From Salinispira sp. (GTDB lineage Bacteria > Spirochaetota > Spirochaetia > DSM-27196 > Salinispiraceae): a DNA stretch of 64,000 nt. The first letter of the stretch is position 1. Every line of letters starts with the position of its first letter. The position numbers and the translations under genes are program-made. Below the pieces are notes generated by a model that worked only from the letters and a program-made list of their open reading frames with translations, was not told the origin of the DNA and ran no database searches. Location: the NCBI GenBank assembly GCA_965602015.1, contig OZ271918.1:832001-896000 (forward strand). Direction: 5' to 3'. Below, piece by piece: positions 31,116 to 40,188 of this stretch.

Positions 31116-33587
31116 TTATTTCATTTTTATCGACAACGGGTAGATACTGCGAATCTTTCCGTCTTTTTTCTTTTCCATGAGCTTCGTCAGAATTCTGATT
31201 ACCGGATCACCGGGTTCGCGCATAGACGCCGCTTTGAGCTCGGCCTCGCCGCGGAGGTAATCGTTTTCGAGAATCGCCGAGACGGCTTTTGAAAGGAATA
31301 CATCCGCCTCATAGCGGCTCTTGCTCTGGTCGGAGCTTTTGCCCCTCAGCTCATAGGCGGCAACGGGTTCATCGATTCCGATAAGTTTTATCTTCCCGAT
31401 CAGCCTGGCGGCAATTGAGTCATCGAGCTGGGCGAAGGTGCTTTCGCTCAAAAGCACTGAAGTGTGCAGAATCTTGTTTGCGCCCTCCAATCGGGAAGCG
31501 GTGTTTACCACCAGACCCATTGCGGTGTAGTCCATCCTCCGGGATGTTCCCAGGTTGCCTACCAGGGCGGTACCGCTGTTTATTCCGACCCGGGTTTCGA
31601 TTCCCCGATCGATGCCGAACTGATCCTGAATCTCCTGGGTGAGCGATCGGAAGGCGTTCTGCATTTCGATGGCGGCCTCAACCGCCTGCTGGGCATGCCG
31701 TTCGCTGTGAATCGGCGCTCCGAAAAAGGCGACGATGGCGTCTCCCTCGAATTTATCAATGGTTCCCCCATGATCCATGATAATATCCGACATCCGCGTA
31801 AAGTAGAGGTTAAGAAGCGCCACCAGATCTGTGGGATTCAGCAGCTGGGCCAACCCCGAAAAGTCCTTAATGTCGGTGAACATCATGGTGATTTCCCGTT
31901 CTTCTCCCCCGAGTTTGAGCCTGTCCGGGTGCTCCACAAGCAAATCTATGAACTCATGGGAGATATACCTCCCGAAAGCCTGGTATAGCCATCGTTTCTC
32001 ACCCTCGGTGCCGAAGAATTGCAGAATTACGATGGATAAGCCGCTGAGAAAACTCGGCATGATAATAAGAATAGGATCAAAATACAGCGCGGCGAAGCGA
32101 ATCAGAGCGATTTGGAGTCCCATTATTACCAGTATTGCCCCGCTGACCACCGACACGGAGAACAGCACCGACCGCTTCCTGATAATTACCGATATCGCAG
32201 CGGCGAAAGCCAAGCTGAGGCCGATGTTGACCAGCAAAGGCTGGGTGCGCAGGAATCGGTGCTGCCCCTGTTCCGCCAATAGCAGCATATTCAGAATGCT
32301 ACCGTACATCCCCGCATTGGCATATTCGCTGATGAACGGGGTGGCTCCGATATCGGTGCTGCCCGAGGCTGAGAACGCGAGAATCACGTAGCGGTCCTGT
32401 ACTCTGGGCCTCAAGTCGTTTTGAAGCTCCGTGAGCCGCCGGAGATCTGCGACCACAGCATCGATGGTGGGCTGTATTTCGCTGAAATCCAACTCCCCCG
32501 AAAGGATAAACGGATTATTCTGCTGTCCCTCGAGAATAGCAGAGATAGTCCCTGTGGTGAGATAGGAACGAAGCAAATCCTCGGCAGCCGTGCGCAAGAG
32601 GAAATAGTTATCCAGGCCATCGGGTTCCGCAGTAAAGCTCGCGGCCAAAAACTGATCTTCGGCCTGCCGGTATACATCCAGGGCCTGTGCGCCGAGGCTT
32701 TCTGCGGGGAGAACCGCCCAAAACTCGAGCAAGCCGAAATTAAACCACATGCTCTCGCGCACGCTCGCTATTCTCGGGAGGGTCTCGAAGCCGATATGGT
32801 CGAAGCTCAGGGGGTAGTCCTTCCGGGGCCACTCGATGAGAATACTGCCGTCGGGCTCCCGGGGGATTACTGCCGGGCGTACATCGTTCCCGTTCAAAGA
32901 AAGTCCTTCCTCGCTCAGCCGAAGCTCGAGCTGAGGATTTGCCTTGTCAAAGCTCTCAATGCCCAGTATCCACTCCTCGCCGATCCGCGGGGTGAAGCGC
33001 CGAATAATACCATCCCGGTCGCGGACCACATTGACGAATCCGCTGGCAGCGGTTTCAAACCCGATTTCAGGGCTGAGGGCCCGAAACCGGCCGTCGCCGT
33101 CAAATAATGAGGCAACTTCCAGCGGCGAGATTGAGCGCAGCATGTTGCCGAACACCGGATCTTCCGCAGCGTTGACGATCTCATCAATAGAAAAACCCCG
33201 CTGAAGCAGTTGATTTCTCAAAAAGCCTGAGAGACCCCGGTTGCTGGCAAGATCGAAATTGATGTCGAGGATCTGAGCCTTGGGACTATAAAACTCAAGC
33301 TCCATTAGGTATCTGCCCAGGTCGGTTCGCTGCCAGGGCCATTCACCCTGAAAATCCAGGCTCGGATCGTCGATGTTCAAAAAGACAATCTCATCACTTT
33401 CCGGTACGGGTTCCCGGACCCACAGGAGGCTGTCGTAGATTGAGAGGGATAAACGGCTTTCGCCTGAGAATAGCACAAGCGCAAGGAGGACAAAGATCGC
33501 CGGTATGGCCAGATAGAGGTACAAGGGCAGGGGAAATAGGTTAATAAAGCGGGTTTTGCCCGGAATTCCGGTTTGTGCTTTTTTCAT
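31116..33587 (-). CDS. CHASE2-domain class III adenylate cyclase
   Basis: IDD.SL...GEWPWQR and DRDGIIRR (CHASE2); 3 TM; FTDIKDF, DKFEGDA, MDYT..G..VNTASRLE. Confidence 0.93.
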   Translation of the reverse strand: MKKAQTGIPGKTRFINLFPLPLYLYLAIPAIFVLLALVLFSGESRLSLSIYDSLLWVREPVPESDEIVFLNIDDPSLDFQGEWPWQRTDLGRYLMELEFYSPKAQILDINFDLASNRGLSGFLRNQLLQRGFSIDEIVNAAEDPVFGNMLRSISPLEVASLFDGDGRFRALSPEIGFETAASGFVNVVRDRDGIIRRFTPRIGEEWILGIESFDKANPQLELRLSEEGLSLNGNDVRPAVIPREPDGSILIEWPRKDYPLSFDHIGFETLPRIASVRESMWFNFGLLEFWAVLPAESLGAQALDVYRQAEDQFLAASFTAEPDGLDNYFLLRTAAEDLLRSYLTTGTISAILEGQQNNPFILSGELDFSEIQPTIDAVVADLRRLTELQNDLRPRVQDRYVILAFSASGSTDIGATPFISEYANAGMYGSILNMLLLAEQGQHRFLRTQPLLVNIGLSLAFAAAISVIIRKRSVLFSVSVVSGAILVIMGLQIALIRFAALYFDPILIIMPSFLSGLSIVILQFFGTEGEKRWLYQAFGRYISHEFIDLLVEHPDRLKLGGEEREITMMFTDIKDFSGLAQLLNPTDLVALLNLYFTRMSDIIMDHGGTIDKFEGDAIVAFFGAPIHSERHAQQAVEAAIEMQNAFRSLTQEIQDQFGIDRGIETRVGINSGTALVGNLGTSRRMDYTAMGLVVNTASRLEGANKILHTSVLLSESTFAQLDDSIAARLIGKIKLIGIDEPVAAYELRGKSSDQSKSRYEADVFLSKAVSAILENDYLRGEAELKAASMREPGDPVIRILTKLMEKKKDGKIRSIYPLSIKMK

Positions 33588-33637
33588 TGCCGTTGCCTTC
33601 CTCTCGGATATATAATTATCACATAAGGTGATTATAA

Positions 33638-34123
33638 ATGATGATGAAGGCAACGAGTATTTTGAAAATCACGGCGATCCTCATTTTGTGCACGGTTTTC
33701 CCCGCCACTATCTACTCCCAATCCGCTGTGGGAAACGGGCGCATTCAGATCAATGAAAGCGAGCTGCTTCGCTACCTCGACTTTCCGTCCTTGCGATGGA
33801 ATCAGCTCGAAGGGATATTGCGCGCAGATGCAGTTCCCGCGGACCGGGATCCCAGGAGGTTTGTGCGCTTTCGCGATGTAGCCAGGATTTTCGTTGTAAG
33901 CGACGGTGATTTGGTTCAGAGCATTGGCTTCCGCCTGTTCCGGAATGCCGGCGCTGCATTCCGGGACCTTCAGCACCTGGAATTTATCCCGGCCGAGCGA
34001 AGCGGCGGAAGCCATGTGTCGGGCAGAGATCTTCTTTCCCTTCTCAACCGCTATGATGTGTGGTTTAAGGAGATATCCTCAAATTACGAAAGTGCGGAAC
34101 TATCTCAGGGGGATCAGCAATGA
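33638..34123 (+). CDS. Secreted hypothetical protein
   Basis: Signal peptide; ATGA overlap with the next ORF. Confidence 0.7.
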   Translation: MMMKATSILKITAILILCTVFPATIYSQSAVGNGRIQINESELLRYLDFPSLRWNQLEGILRADAVPADRDPRRFVRFRDVARIFVVSDGDLVQSIGFRLFRNAGAAFRDLQHLEFIPAERSGGSHVSGRDLLSLLNRYDVWFKEISSNYESAELSQGDQQ

Positions 34124-35448
34124 GACATCGGATTACCGTATTTTTGATTGTTTTTGCTCTGGTTGCCTCGAGTCTTTTTGCCCAGCAGCTGTATTTTGAA
34201 TCATACTCATCATTGGAATTGACACCGGACGTTGGGGAGGATCCTGGTTACGACCTTTTTCCATCATATGAAGCGCTTGTGGGTATACGCCCTCTCCGTT
34301 CTGATAGAAGTGCCGGGGGTATGTCTCTAGGCGTGGAAACCCTGGGAAATAGCGTCCTACCGGACTTTGCTATTTCCGGTTCAGTTCGTCCTTATATAAA
34401 CGAGTTGTATTACCGCGTCAGCATTCCGGTGGGCAATGCCCCGTCGGATCCAGGGGACAGCCGGCAACGCAGCACCAGCGACCTCATTCAGATTGCTTTC
34501 GGACGATTAAAAACCGACGACCTGCTTGGTTTGCTGAATCCGTTTATTTACGACGGACTTCGGTATTCCTTGAGCACATCCCGCATTAGCGTGTCCGCCG
34601 AGTTCGGATACCAGGGTCTTTTGGTAAACACTCCCTCTTCCCTGGAAAACACCGGCAATCTGCTTTTTCTCAAAGGTGCAGAAACTACCACCGAGCTGCC
34701 GTTTTGGGATAATCTGGAGGTTATGACTGCCGGGTTAGGCCTCGATGCCCTCAAGTTTTACGGCGGGCCGAATACCGTAATCAGCAAACTCTTTGTCCTG
34801 GCACCTGAGCTCATCGGCAGGCAGAGCCCCTTCTTCCTGGGCGAATATAAAACCGTGCTGAGCGGGACCGGTCTGGAAAATCCCATACGGCACATTTCCG
34901 GGATTGCCGGCTCCACCGGCTCATTAAGCCGCCGCATGTTCTACAGCATTTTGGGAAGCTACTCCCTGATACAGGAGCCCGGTCTCCCGGATATTCGCGC
35001 CGGGGCTGCGGTCGCCGAACTGCGGACCTTTCTCCCCGGCCGATTCGGTCCGAGAATAGAGCTGCAGGCGCTGGCGAGTACCGGCGGTTTTCAGTTTCCC
35101 CAGAGTCTGGCGATTACCCCCGACTATCTGGACTTTAACGAGTCGGCGGCCCTTCTCGCCGCCCTTAATATGGAAGGGCTTCTGTGGCGCAGCCGGTATA
35201 ATCCCCGCCTTGCCTTCGGCTGGCGTCTGAGCGGATTCGCCGCCGGAAAGTCATTTACGGGTCTGGGGCTGGTAAACGATGAGTCCCTGGAAGATGTCAC
35301 AGGCTATGTGGCATCGGGATTCGAAGGTGCACTCAGATTCAGACCCTTGAGGGATCTGGCATTCGAATTGAGCGGAAGGGCATTGTGGCCTTCCGGAGAA
35401 ACTGTTTCATTGGTTGATGCCCGGTTCACTCTGGAGTATCGATACTAA
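34120..35448 (+). CDS. Secreted hypothetical protein, possible outer-membrane beta-barrel
   Basis: Signal peptide ending SLFA; amphipathic strands; C-terminus ARFTLEYRY. Confidence 0.65.
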   Translation: MRHRITVFLIVFALVASSLFAQQLYFESYSSLELTPDVGEDPGYDLFPSYEALVGIRPLRSDRSAGGMSLGVETLGNSVLPDFAISGSVRPYINELYYRVSIPVGNAPSDPGDSRQRSTSDLIQIAFGRLKTDDLLGLLNPFIYDGLRYSLSTSRISVSAEFGYQGLLVNTPSSLENTGNLLFLKGAETTTELPFWDNLEVMTAGLGLDALKFYGGPNTVISKLFVLAPELIGRQSPFFLGEYKTVLSGTGLENPIRHISGIAGSTGSLSRRMFYSILGSYSLIQEPGLPDIRAGAAVAELRTFLPGRFGPRIELQALASTGGFQFPQSLAITPDYLDFNESAALLAALNMEGLLWRSRYNPRLAFGWRLSGFAAGKSFTGLGLVNDESLEDVTGYVASGFEGALRFRPLRDLAFELSGRALWPSGETVSLVDARFTLEYRY

Positions 35449-35467
35449 ACACTATGCGGAGGTGCAT

Positions 35468-36037
35468 ATGAAAATACGTCATATAGCGGCGCTGCTTTTC
35501 ATCTTGTTAGGTTTTACCTCATCACTGTTCGCCGGCGAGGCTTTGGTACAGGAAGTACGCGGACTGGCGTTTTTCCGGGACGGCGAATCCTGGTCCCGGA
35601 TAACCCCGGGCGACGTTATTGCCCCGGGTACCCGGGTTTTCAACAGCAGCGGTGGAAGCCTGGTGCTGGAGGTAAACGGCGACAAGGTGGAAGTTGATCC
35701 ACTCTCTGACTTTGATCTGGTCAGCGCCCGCAACCAGCAGGATGCGTCGGTAATGTATGTGCGCTCAGGCGGCATGCGTGCCCAGGTTGTCAGCTCGAGA
35801 GCGGGGGAGGGCGGCGTCAGATTTCAAATCCAAAGCCCGGTAGCCACCGCCAGCGTCCGGGGAACCGTATTCCGTTTTAACGGCGTCGAGCTCGAGGTGG
35901 AGGAGGGCGACGTCCAACTTCAGAATATACTCGGTCAGCGCCACTCGGTGCGGGCGGACCAGAAAAGCCGGGCGTTCGGACTGGAAAATATCAGTTCAGT
36001 CGAACGGTACTTGGAGCGCAATACCACAGTGGAGTAA
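35468..36037 (+). CDS. Secreted FecR-domain protein
   Basis: FQIQSPVATASVRGTVF...VEEGDV FecR signature; signal peptide; GGAGG SD. Confidence 0.85.
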   Translation: MKIRHIAALLFILLGFTSSLFAGEALVQEVRGLAFFRDGESWSRITPGDVIAPGTRVFNSSGGSLVLEVNGDKVEVDPLSDFDLVSARNQQDASVMYVRSGGMRAQVVSSRAGEGGVRFQIQSPVATASVRGTVFRFNGVELEVEEGDVQLQNILGQRHSVRADQKSRAFGLENISSVERYLERNTTVE

Positions 36038-36065
36038 CGGGTTCCCGGTAGAAATACGTGTGTGT

Positions 36066-36105
36066 CCGGTGCGGGCGGTCAACGCGGCCTCCGCGCCGGT
36101 TTTTT
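36066..36105 (+). terminator. Probable intrinsic terminator of the FecR operon
   Basis: GC stem ccggtgcgg...ccgcgccgg followed by a T-run. Confidence 0.55.
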
Positions 36106-36142
36106 ACTTCCTCTCCGTGTATACTTGGTGATGGAGGTGAAC

Positions 36143-36568
36143 ATGAAGGCAACACCGTACATTTCATTTAACGGGAACTGCGAGGAGGCGGTGAAGTACT
36201 ACCAATCAATCCTCGGCGGGGATATTAATCTGATGAGGTTCTCCGATCTGCCTGAGAATGAAGGGGTAGTCAGCGAGAACTGGGCTTCAAAAATCATGCA
36301 CGGCAGTCTGACTCTTCCCGGCGGTCAGCAGCTGTACTTCGGCGATAGCTGGGAAGGTCAAACCCTGTCTGCGGGAACCAACGTAACCATCCATCTCAAT
36401 ACGGACAGCGCGGAAGAGGTGTATAGCCTGGTGGAAAAACTCTCTCAGGGAGGCAAGCTGGACATGAATGCCGGAGAAATGTTCTGGGGTTCGGTGTATG
36501 GCAGCTGTAGCGACAAATTCTCGATACACTGGGGTGTGGAATATGAACTACCCGGAGAACAGACCTAA
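36143..36568 (+). CDS. VOC/PhnB-like glyoxalase family protein
   Basis: PYISFNGNCEEA, IMHG, MFWG..YG..DKFSIHW. Confidence 0.88.
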   Translation: MKATPYISFNGNCEEAVKYYQSILGGDINLMRFSDLPENEGVVSENWASKIMHGSLTLPGGQQLYFGDSWEGQTLSAGTNVTIHLNTDSAEEVYSLVEKLSQGGKLDMNAGEMFWGSVYGSCSDKFSIHWGVEYELPGEQT

Positions 36569-36664
36569 AGCCCTGTCCCATCCTGCACTATCGCCTTAGG
36601 CTTCCGGCATACCCAAAAACCTAAAAAGAAGGCGGCAGGCTGTGCGCCGCCGCCCGCATTTCTG

Positions 36665-37660
36665 TCAGTACCCCGCATAATCCCCGGTTTCCTGACCGTC
36701 CACCGATGGGCCGTCCATTATTTTGAGCGTGAGGTCGAAATCAAAGGGGGAATCGCCGACGCGATTATCCACATAATACCCAACTCCGTTGAACTGAATT
36801 GCACCTGCGATGGGCCAGGACAGTTCCAAAGCCAGGTGCTGGCTCAGGGGATCAAAGCCGGCTAAATCTATGGGGCTTGCGGGAATGAACAATGCGCCGT
36901 CCACGTCCATGGGGCTGACCTGATCATGCCAGTTGGATTGGGAGACCAGAGTGCTAATAGTTGCAAAATCCTCGTCGCTCAGGCCCAAATCCCCGGCGTT
37001 TGAAATTCCGTCGATAATGCCCTGGGAGATATCACGGCTTGCCAGATACGCCCGGCTCAAAAAGCTGCGGTCGACGAACAATATGCTGTTGGCGTTTATT
37101 CCGGTAAACGCCTCGCCGTGTACCGTGAGCATCTGCCGTTCCAGCCCATCGATAATAAAGGTAACATTACCGCCGCCGATGTCCAGCCGAATGAGATTAA
37201 TGCTGGTGTTGCCTACGCTTATGAAGCGCTCGCTTCGGGTCTCCCAGTAGGGATTCATTCCGACGCCGAGGGTAGAGGCGGTATCTTCGTCCGGGGAGAA
37301 TACCACTGATTCAATCCGGTCGCCCAGAATGTACTCCAGTGATTGTCCGCCGTCGTAGTCGGCAAGCTCGCCGCTGCCGATTCCGTATTTGCTTGAGTAC
37401 AGATTTTCAATATCGCTCAAGCTTTCAAAGCTCCAAAACTCCACATCTGAGCTGCGGAAGAAAATCCGGTTCTCATTCGGGAGCTGCCGGGACGCCGCAA
37501 GCGAGAGGCTTGAGGAGGACTGCCCGATGTTCGACAGATTCATGTTGTTTACCGCTGTTGGGGCCGTGGCCCACAGTCCCTGGTCGGAGTCGGGGCGAAC
37601 AACATCGCATCCGGCGAATAATATTAATGCGGCGAGTACAAAGAGAGAAATGGTTTTCAT
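36665..37660 (-). CDS. Hypothetical lipoprotein
   Basis: Lipobox LFAGC; 331-aa ORF with GAGG SD. Confidence 0.7.
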   Translation of the reverse strand: MKTISLFVLAALILFAGCDVVRPDSDQGLWATAPTAVNNMNLSNIGQSSSSLSLAASRQLPNENRIFFRSSDVEFWSFESLSDIENLYSSKYGIGSGELADYDGGQSLEYILGDRIESVVFSPDEDTASTLGVGMNPYWETRSERFISVGNTSINLIRLDIGGGNVTFIIDGLERQMLTVHGEAFTGINANSILFVDRSFLSRAYLASRDISQGIIDGISNAGDLGLSDEDFATISTLVSQSNWHDQVSPMDVDGALFIPASPIDLAGFDPLSQHLALELSWPIAGAIQFNGVGYYVDNRVGDSPFDFDLTLKIMDGPSVDGQETGDYAGY

Positions 37661-37954
37661 GGCTACCTCACAGTGACCTGCAGATACGCTGTAGTGCAGT
37701 AATCAGGCATTTCCGATAGGTCATATTTTTAATTGAGGTTAATTATATATCTTTTTTTTGTTTTGACAAGTTTTTTCGCGAGAATTTTGATCAATCCCCA
37801 GGTTATTACCGCGGTCTAGTGTGCATGTAGTTTTCACAATAGGGCTTGGCCAGATATTGTGAATCCCGATATGCTGGGGGCGCAGATTCGGTATGTAAAG
37901 CCGGCTGCCGGGATATGGCTATGGCAGGTACTACTCGGAATAGGGAGGCGTTTA

Positions 37955-38929
37955 ATGAACATCCGGGCCAACATTGACAGAAAAACTGTTTTTGCCTTTT
38001 TACGGCAGGCGCTGGGAATTCTGGTCGGAAGCCTTATATACGGTATAGCCCTTTCATGGTTCCTGGTGCCGTATAAAATCGCGCCGGGAGGGGTCGGGGG
38101 CTTAAGCCAGATTTTTTTTCATACGTTCGGGTGGAACACCGGTTTGGTAATGATCATCATGAATATTCCGCTGTGGATCATGGGATTAATCGTCGTCGGC
38201 CGTCAGTTCGGCATGGGGACGTTTATCGGCTTTTTTAGCAGTTCGGCCATGGCTGACCTGGTCTCGCCGCGTCGGCTCTTTGACTGGGGTATTTTAAAAG
38301 AATTGATTGAATCCTTTAACATGATTGACGGCTCCATGAAGCCTGTCTCGGAATGGGCAATGACTGACAGCATATTCCTGGCGGCCATTGCCGGATCGAT
38401 GATGCTTGGCGTGGGAATCGGATTTATCTTCCGTTCGAAGGCCTCTACCGGCGGTACAGATATTCCCGTGGCAATGCTCAAAAAATACCTGGGGGTTTCC
38501 ATCGGTAACGGCTACCTTATTGTCGAGACGGTGATCATCATGATAATCGGCCTGGTATTCGGCGACCTCAACATCGTCATCTGGAGTTTCTTCGGCCTCT
38601 ACCTCTCGGCTAAATTCACCGATGTGGTGACCGAAGGTCTGTCGCGGGTAAAGACCGCCACCATCATCTGCTCCGACCCCCAGGCCGAGCAGCGGATAAA
38701 GGAACGGATTTACCGGGAAATCGACCGGGGCGTCACCTTCATCAAGGGCGAGGGCAGCTACTCCGGAGATGCCAAGAACATTATCTTCGTCGCCTTCGGC
38801 ATGCAGCAAACTGCGGCGCTGAAGACAATCGCTCACGACGAAGATCCCGGAGTATTTATGATCATGAACGATGTGCGCGACGTCATCGGGTTCGGATTCA
38901 AAAGCCGGGATCTCGATTTGGGGGATTAA
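37955..38929 (+). CDS. YitT family membrane protein
   Basis: APGGVGG, ASTGGTDI, RGVT..GEGSY, DPGVFMI. Confidence 0.88.
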   Translation: MNIRANIDRKTVFAFLRQALGILVGSLIYGIALSWFLVPYKIAPGGVGGLSQIFFHTFGWNTGLVMIIMNIPLWIMGLIVVGRQFGMGTFIGFFSSSAMADLVSPRRLFDWGILKELIESFNMIDGSMKPVSEWAMTDSIFLAAIAGSMMLGVGIGFIFRSKASTGGTDIPVAMLKKYLGVSIGNGYLIVETVIIMIIGLVFGDLNIVIWSFFGLYLSAKFTDVVTEGLSRVKTATIICSDPQAEQRIKERIYREIDRGVTFIKGEGSYSGDAKNIIFVAFGMQQTAALKTIAHDEDPGVFMIMNDVRDVIGFGFKSRDLDLGD

Positions 38930-38957
38930 CTGGGTGGATTAACTTGGGGGATTGAAC
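38918..38957 (+). repeat. 13-bp tandem repeat, 3 copies, spanning the yitT stop codon
   Basis: ttgggggattaac tgggtggattaac ttgggggattgaac. Confidence 0.7.
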
Positions 38958-39016
38958 AGGGTGATGGAGGCAGCAGGTCCTCATCCCGTACTCCGCCGAT
39001 GGCAGCCCTGCGAGTA

Positions 39017-40099
39017 TCACTGTGGGCTGACGAAGCCTTCCCAACGGCTCATGTAATTGATAAATGTTTCGGAAAGTCCCTCCTCCGCCAGGACATGGCG
39101 CTGAACCGGCAGGGAGTGGCTGGTGAAGTCTTTGTCATCAATGGCCCGCTTCGGAAAGTCATGATGGAGAATGGCCGCCTGTCCCAAAAGGGCGAAATCC
39201 GCCCCTGCGTCGATTACCGCCTGAACATCGGCGGCGCTGTTGAGCTTGCCCGCGACTCCCAGGGCTGTCCGGCCCCGCGCTAGCTCAGCATACCAGCCGA
39301 GTAATGTTTTTTCTCCGTATGCCGGATCTTCAGGATATTTGAAACAATCCCACAATGACATGTCCAGGAAATCAAGGGCATCGGAGGCCAGCAAACCGGC
39401 GGCGAGCTGATGCATTTCAGCAAAATCCAGCCCGTGGCCTTCGGGTGAAAGGCGCAGTCCGAGGATAAAGTCAGGGCCGCAGGCACGCCGTATTCCCCCG
39501 ATGATGTCCATCAGAAGCCGGCTCCGGTTTTCCAGGCTTCCTCCGTACTCATCATTTCGACGGTTGAACTGGCTGCTGAGGAACTGGCAGATGAGGTATC
39601 CGTGGGCTCCGTGAATTTCTACTCCGGCGAAGCCCGCTTCCCGGCTCCGTTTAGCGCCGGCGATAAAATCTTTCACCAGCCGCCTTACTTCTTCGCGGCT
39701 TAGTCCTCTGGCGTCTTCCGACTCGTCGGGGGATGGCGCTACGGGCTGAAGGCCTCCGTTAATTTCGCGGCTCGAGCGAAGGCCGCCGTGGAAAATCTGC
39801 ATAATGGGCAACGCCCCGTCGGCTTTGATTCTTTGAGTCAAAGGCCGTAATCCGTCGATCTGATCGTCCCTGTACATGCCCAGCTCGCCGCTCCAGGTTT
39901 TACCGTTTTGCTGGACGTTGGCCGCGCAGGTCATTACTGCGCCGAATCCGCCTTGGGAGCGCATGGCCAGCCAGTGAAATTCATCCTCGCTGAGGCGTCC
40001 GTCCTCGTGGCTTTGCTTGTTGGTCATGGGTGCGAGCATAAAGCGGTTTTTCATCGAGCTGCCGTTGGTAAAAAAAACCGGGTCGTTGAGTCGGGGCAT
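39017..40099 (-). CDS. NADH:flavin oxidoreductase (Old Yellow Enzyme family)
   Basis: KNRFMLAPMT, EIHGAHGYL, NRRNDEYGGSLENR. Confidence 0.93.
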   Translation of the reverse strand: MPRLNDPVFFTNGSSMKNRFMLAPMTNKQSHEDGRLSEDEFHWLAMRSQGGFGAVMTCAANVQQNGKTWSGELGMYRDDQIDGLRPLTQRIKADGALPIMQIFHGGLRSSREINGGLQPVAPSPDESEDARGLSREEVRRLVKDFIAGAKRSREAGFAGVEIHGAHGYLICQFLSSQFNRRNDEYGGSLENRSRLLMDIIGGIRRACGPDFILGLRLSPEGHGLDFAEMHQLAAGLLASDALDFLDMSLWDCFKYPEDPAYGEKTLLGWYAELARGRTALGVAGKLNSAADVQAVIDAGADFALLGQAAILHHDFPKRAIDDKDFTSHSLPVQRHVLAEEGLSETFINYMSRWEGFVSPQ

Positions 40100-40188
40100 C
40101 TGTTCTCCTGATGGTGCCGTGGTGTCGGAGAAAGATACCGGGTAAAGAGATCAACTTCAAGTTTTCCCGCTTTGCGTTTGGACCCGAC

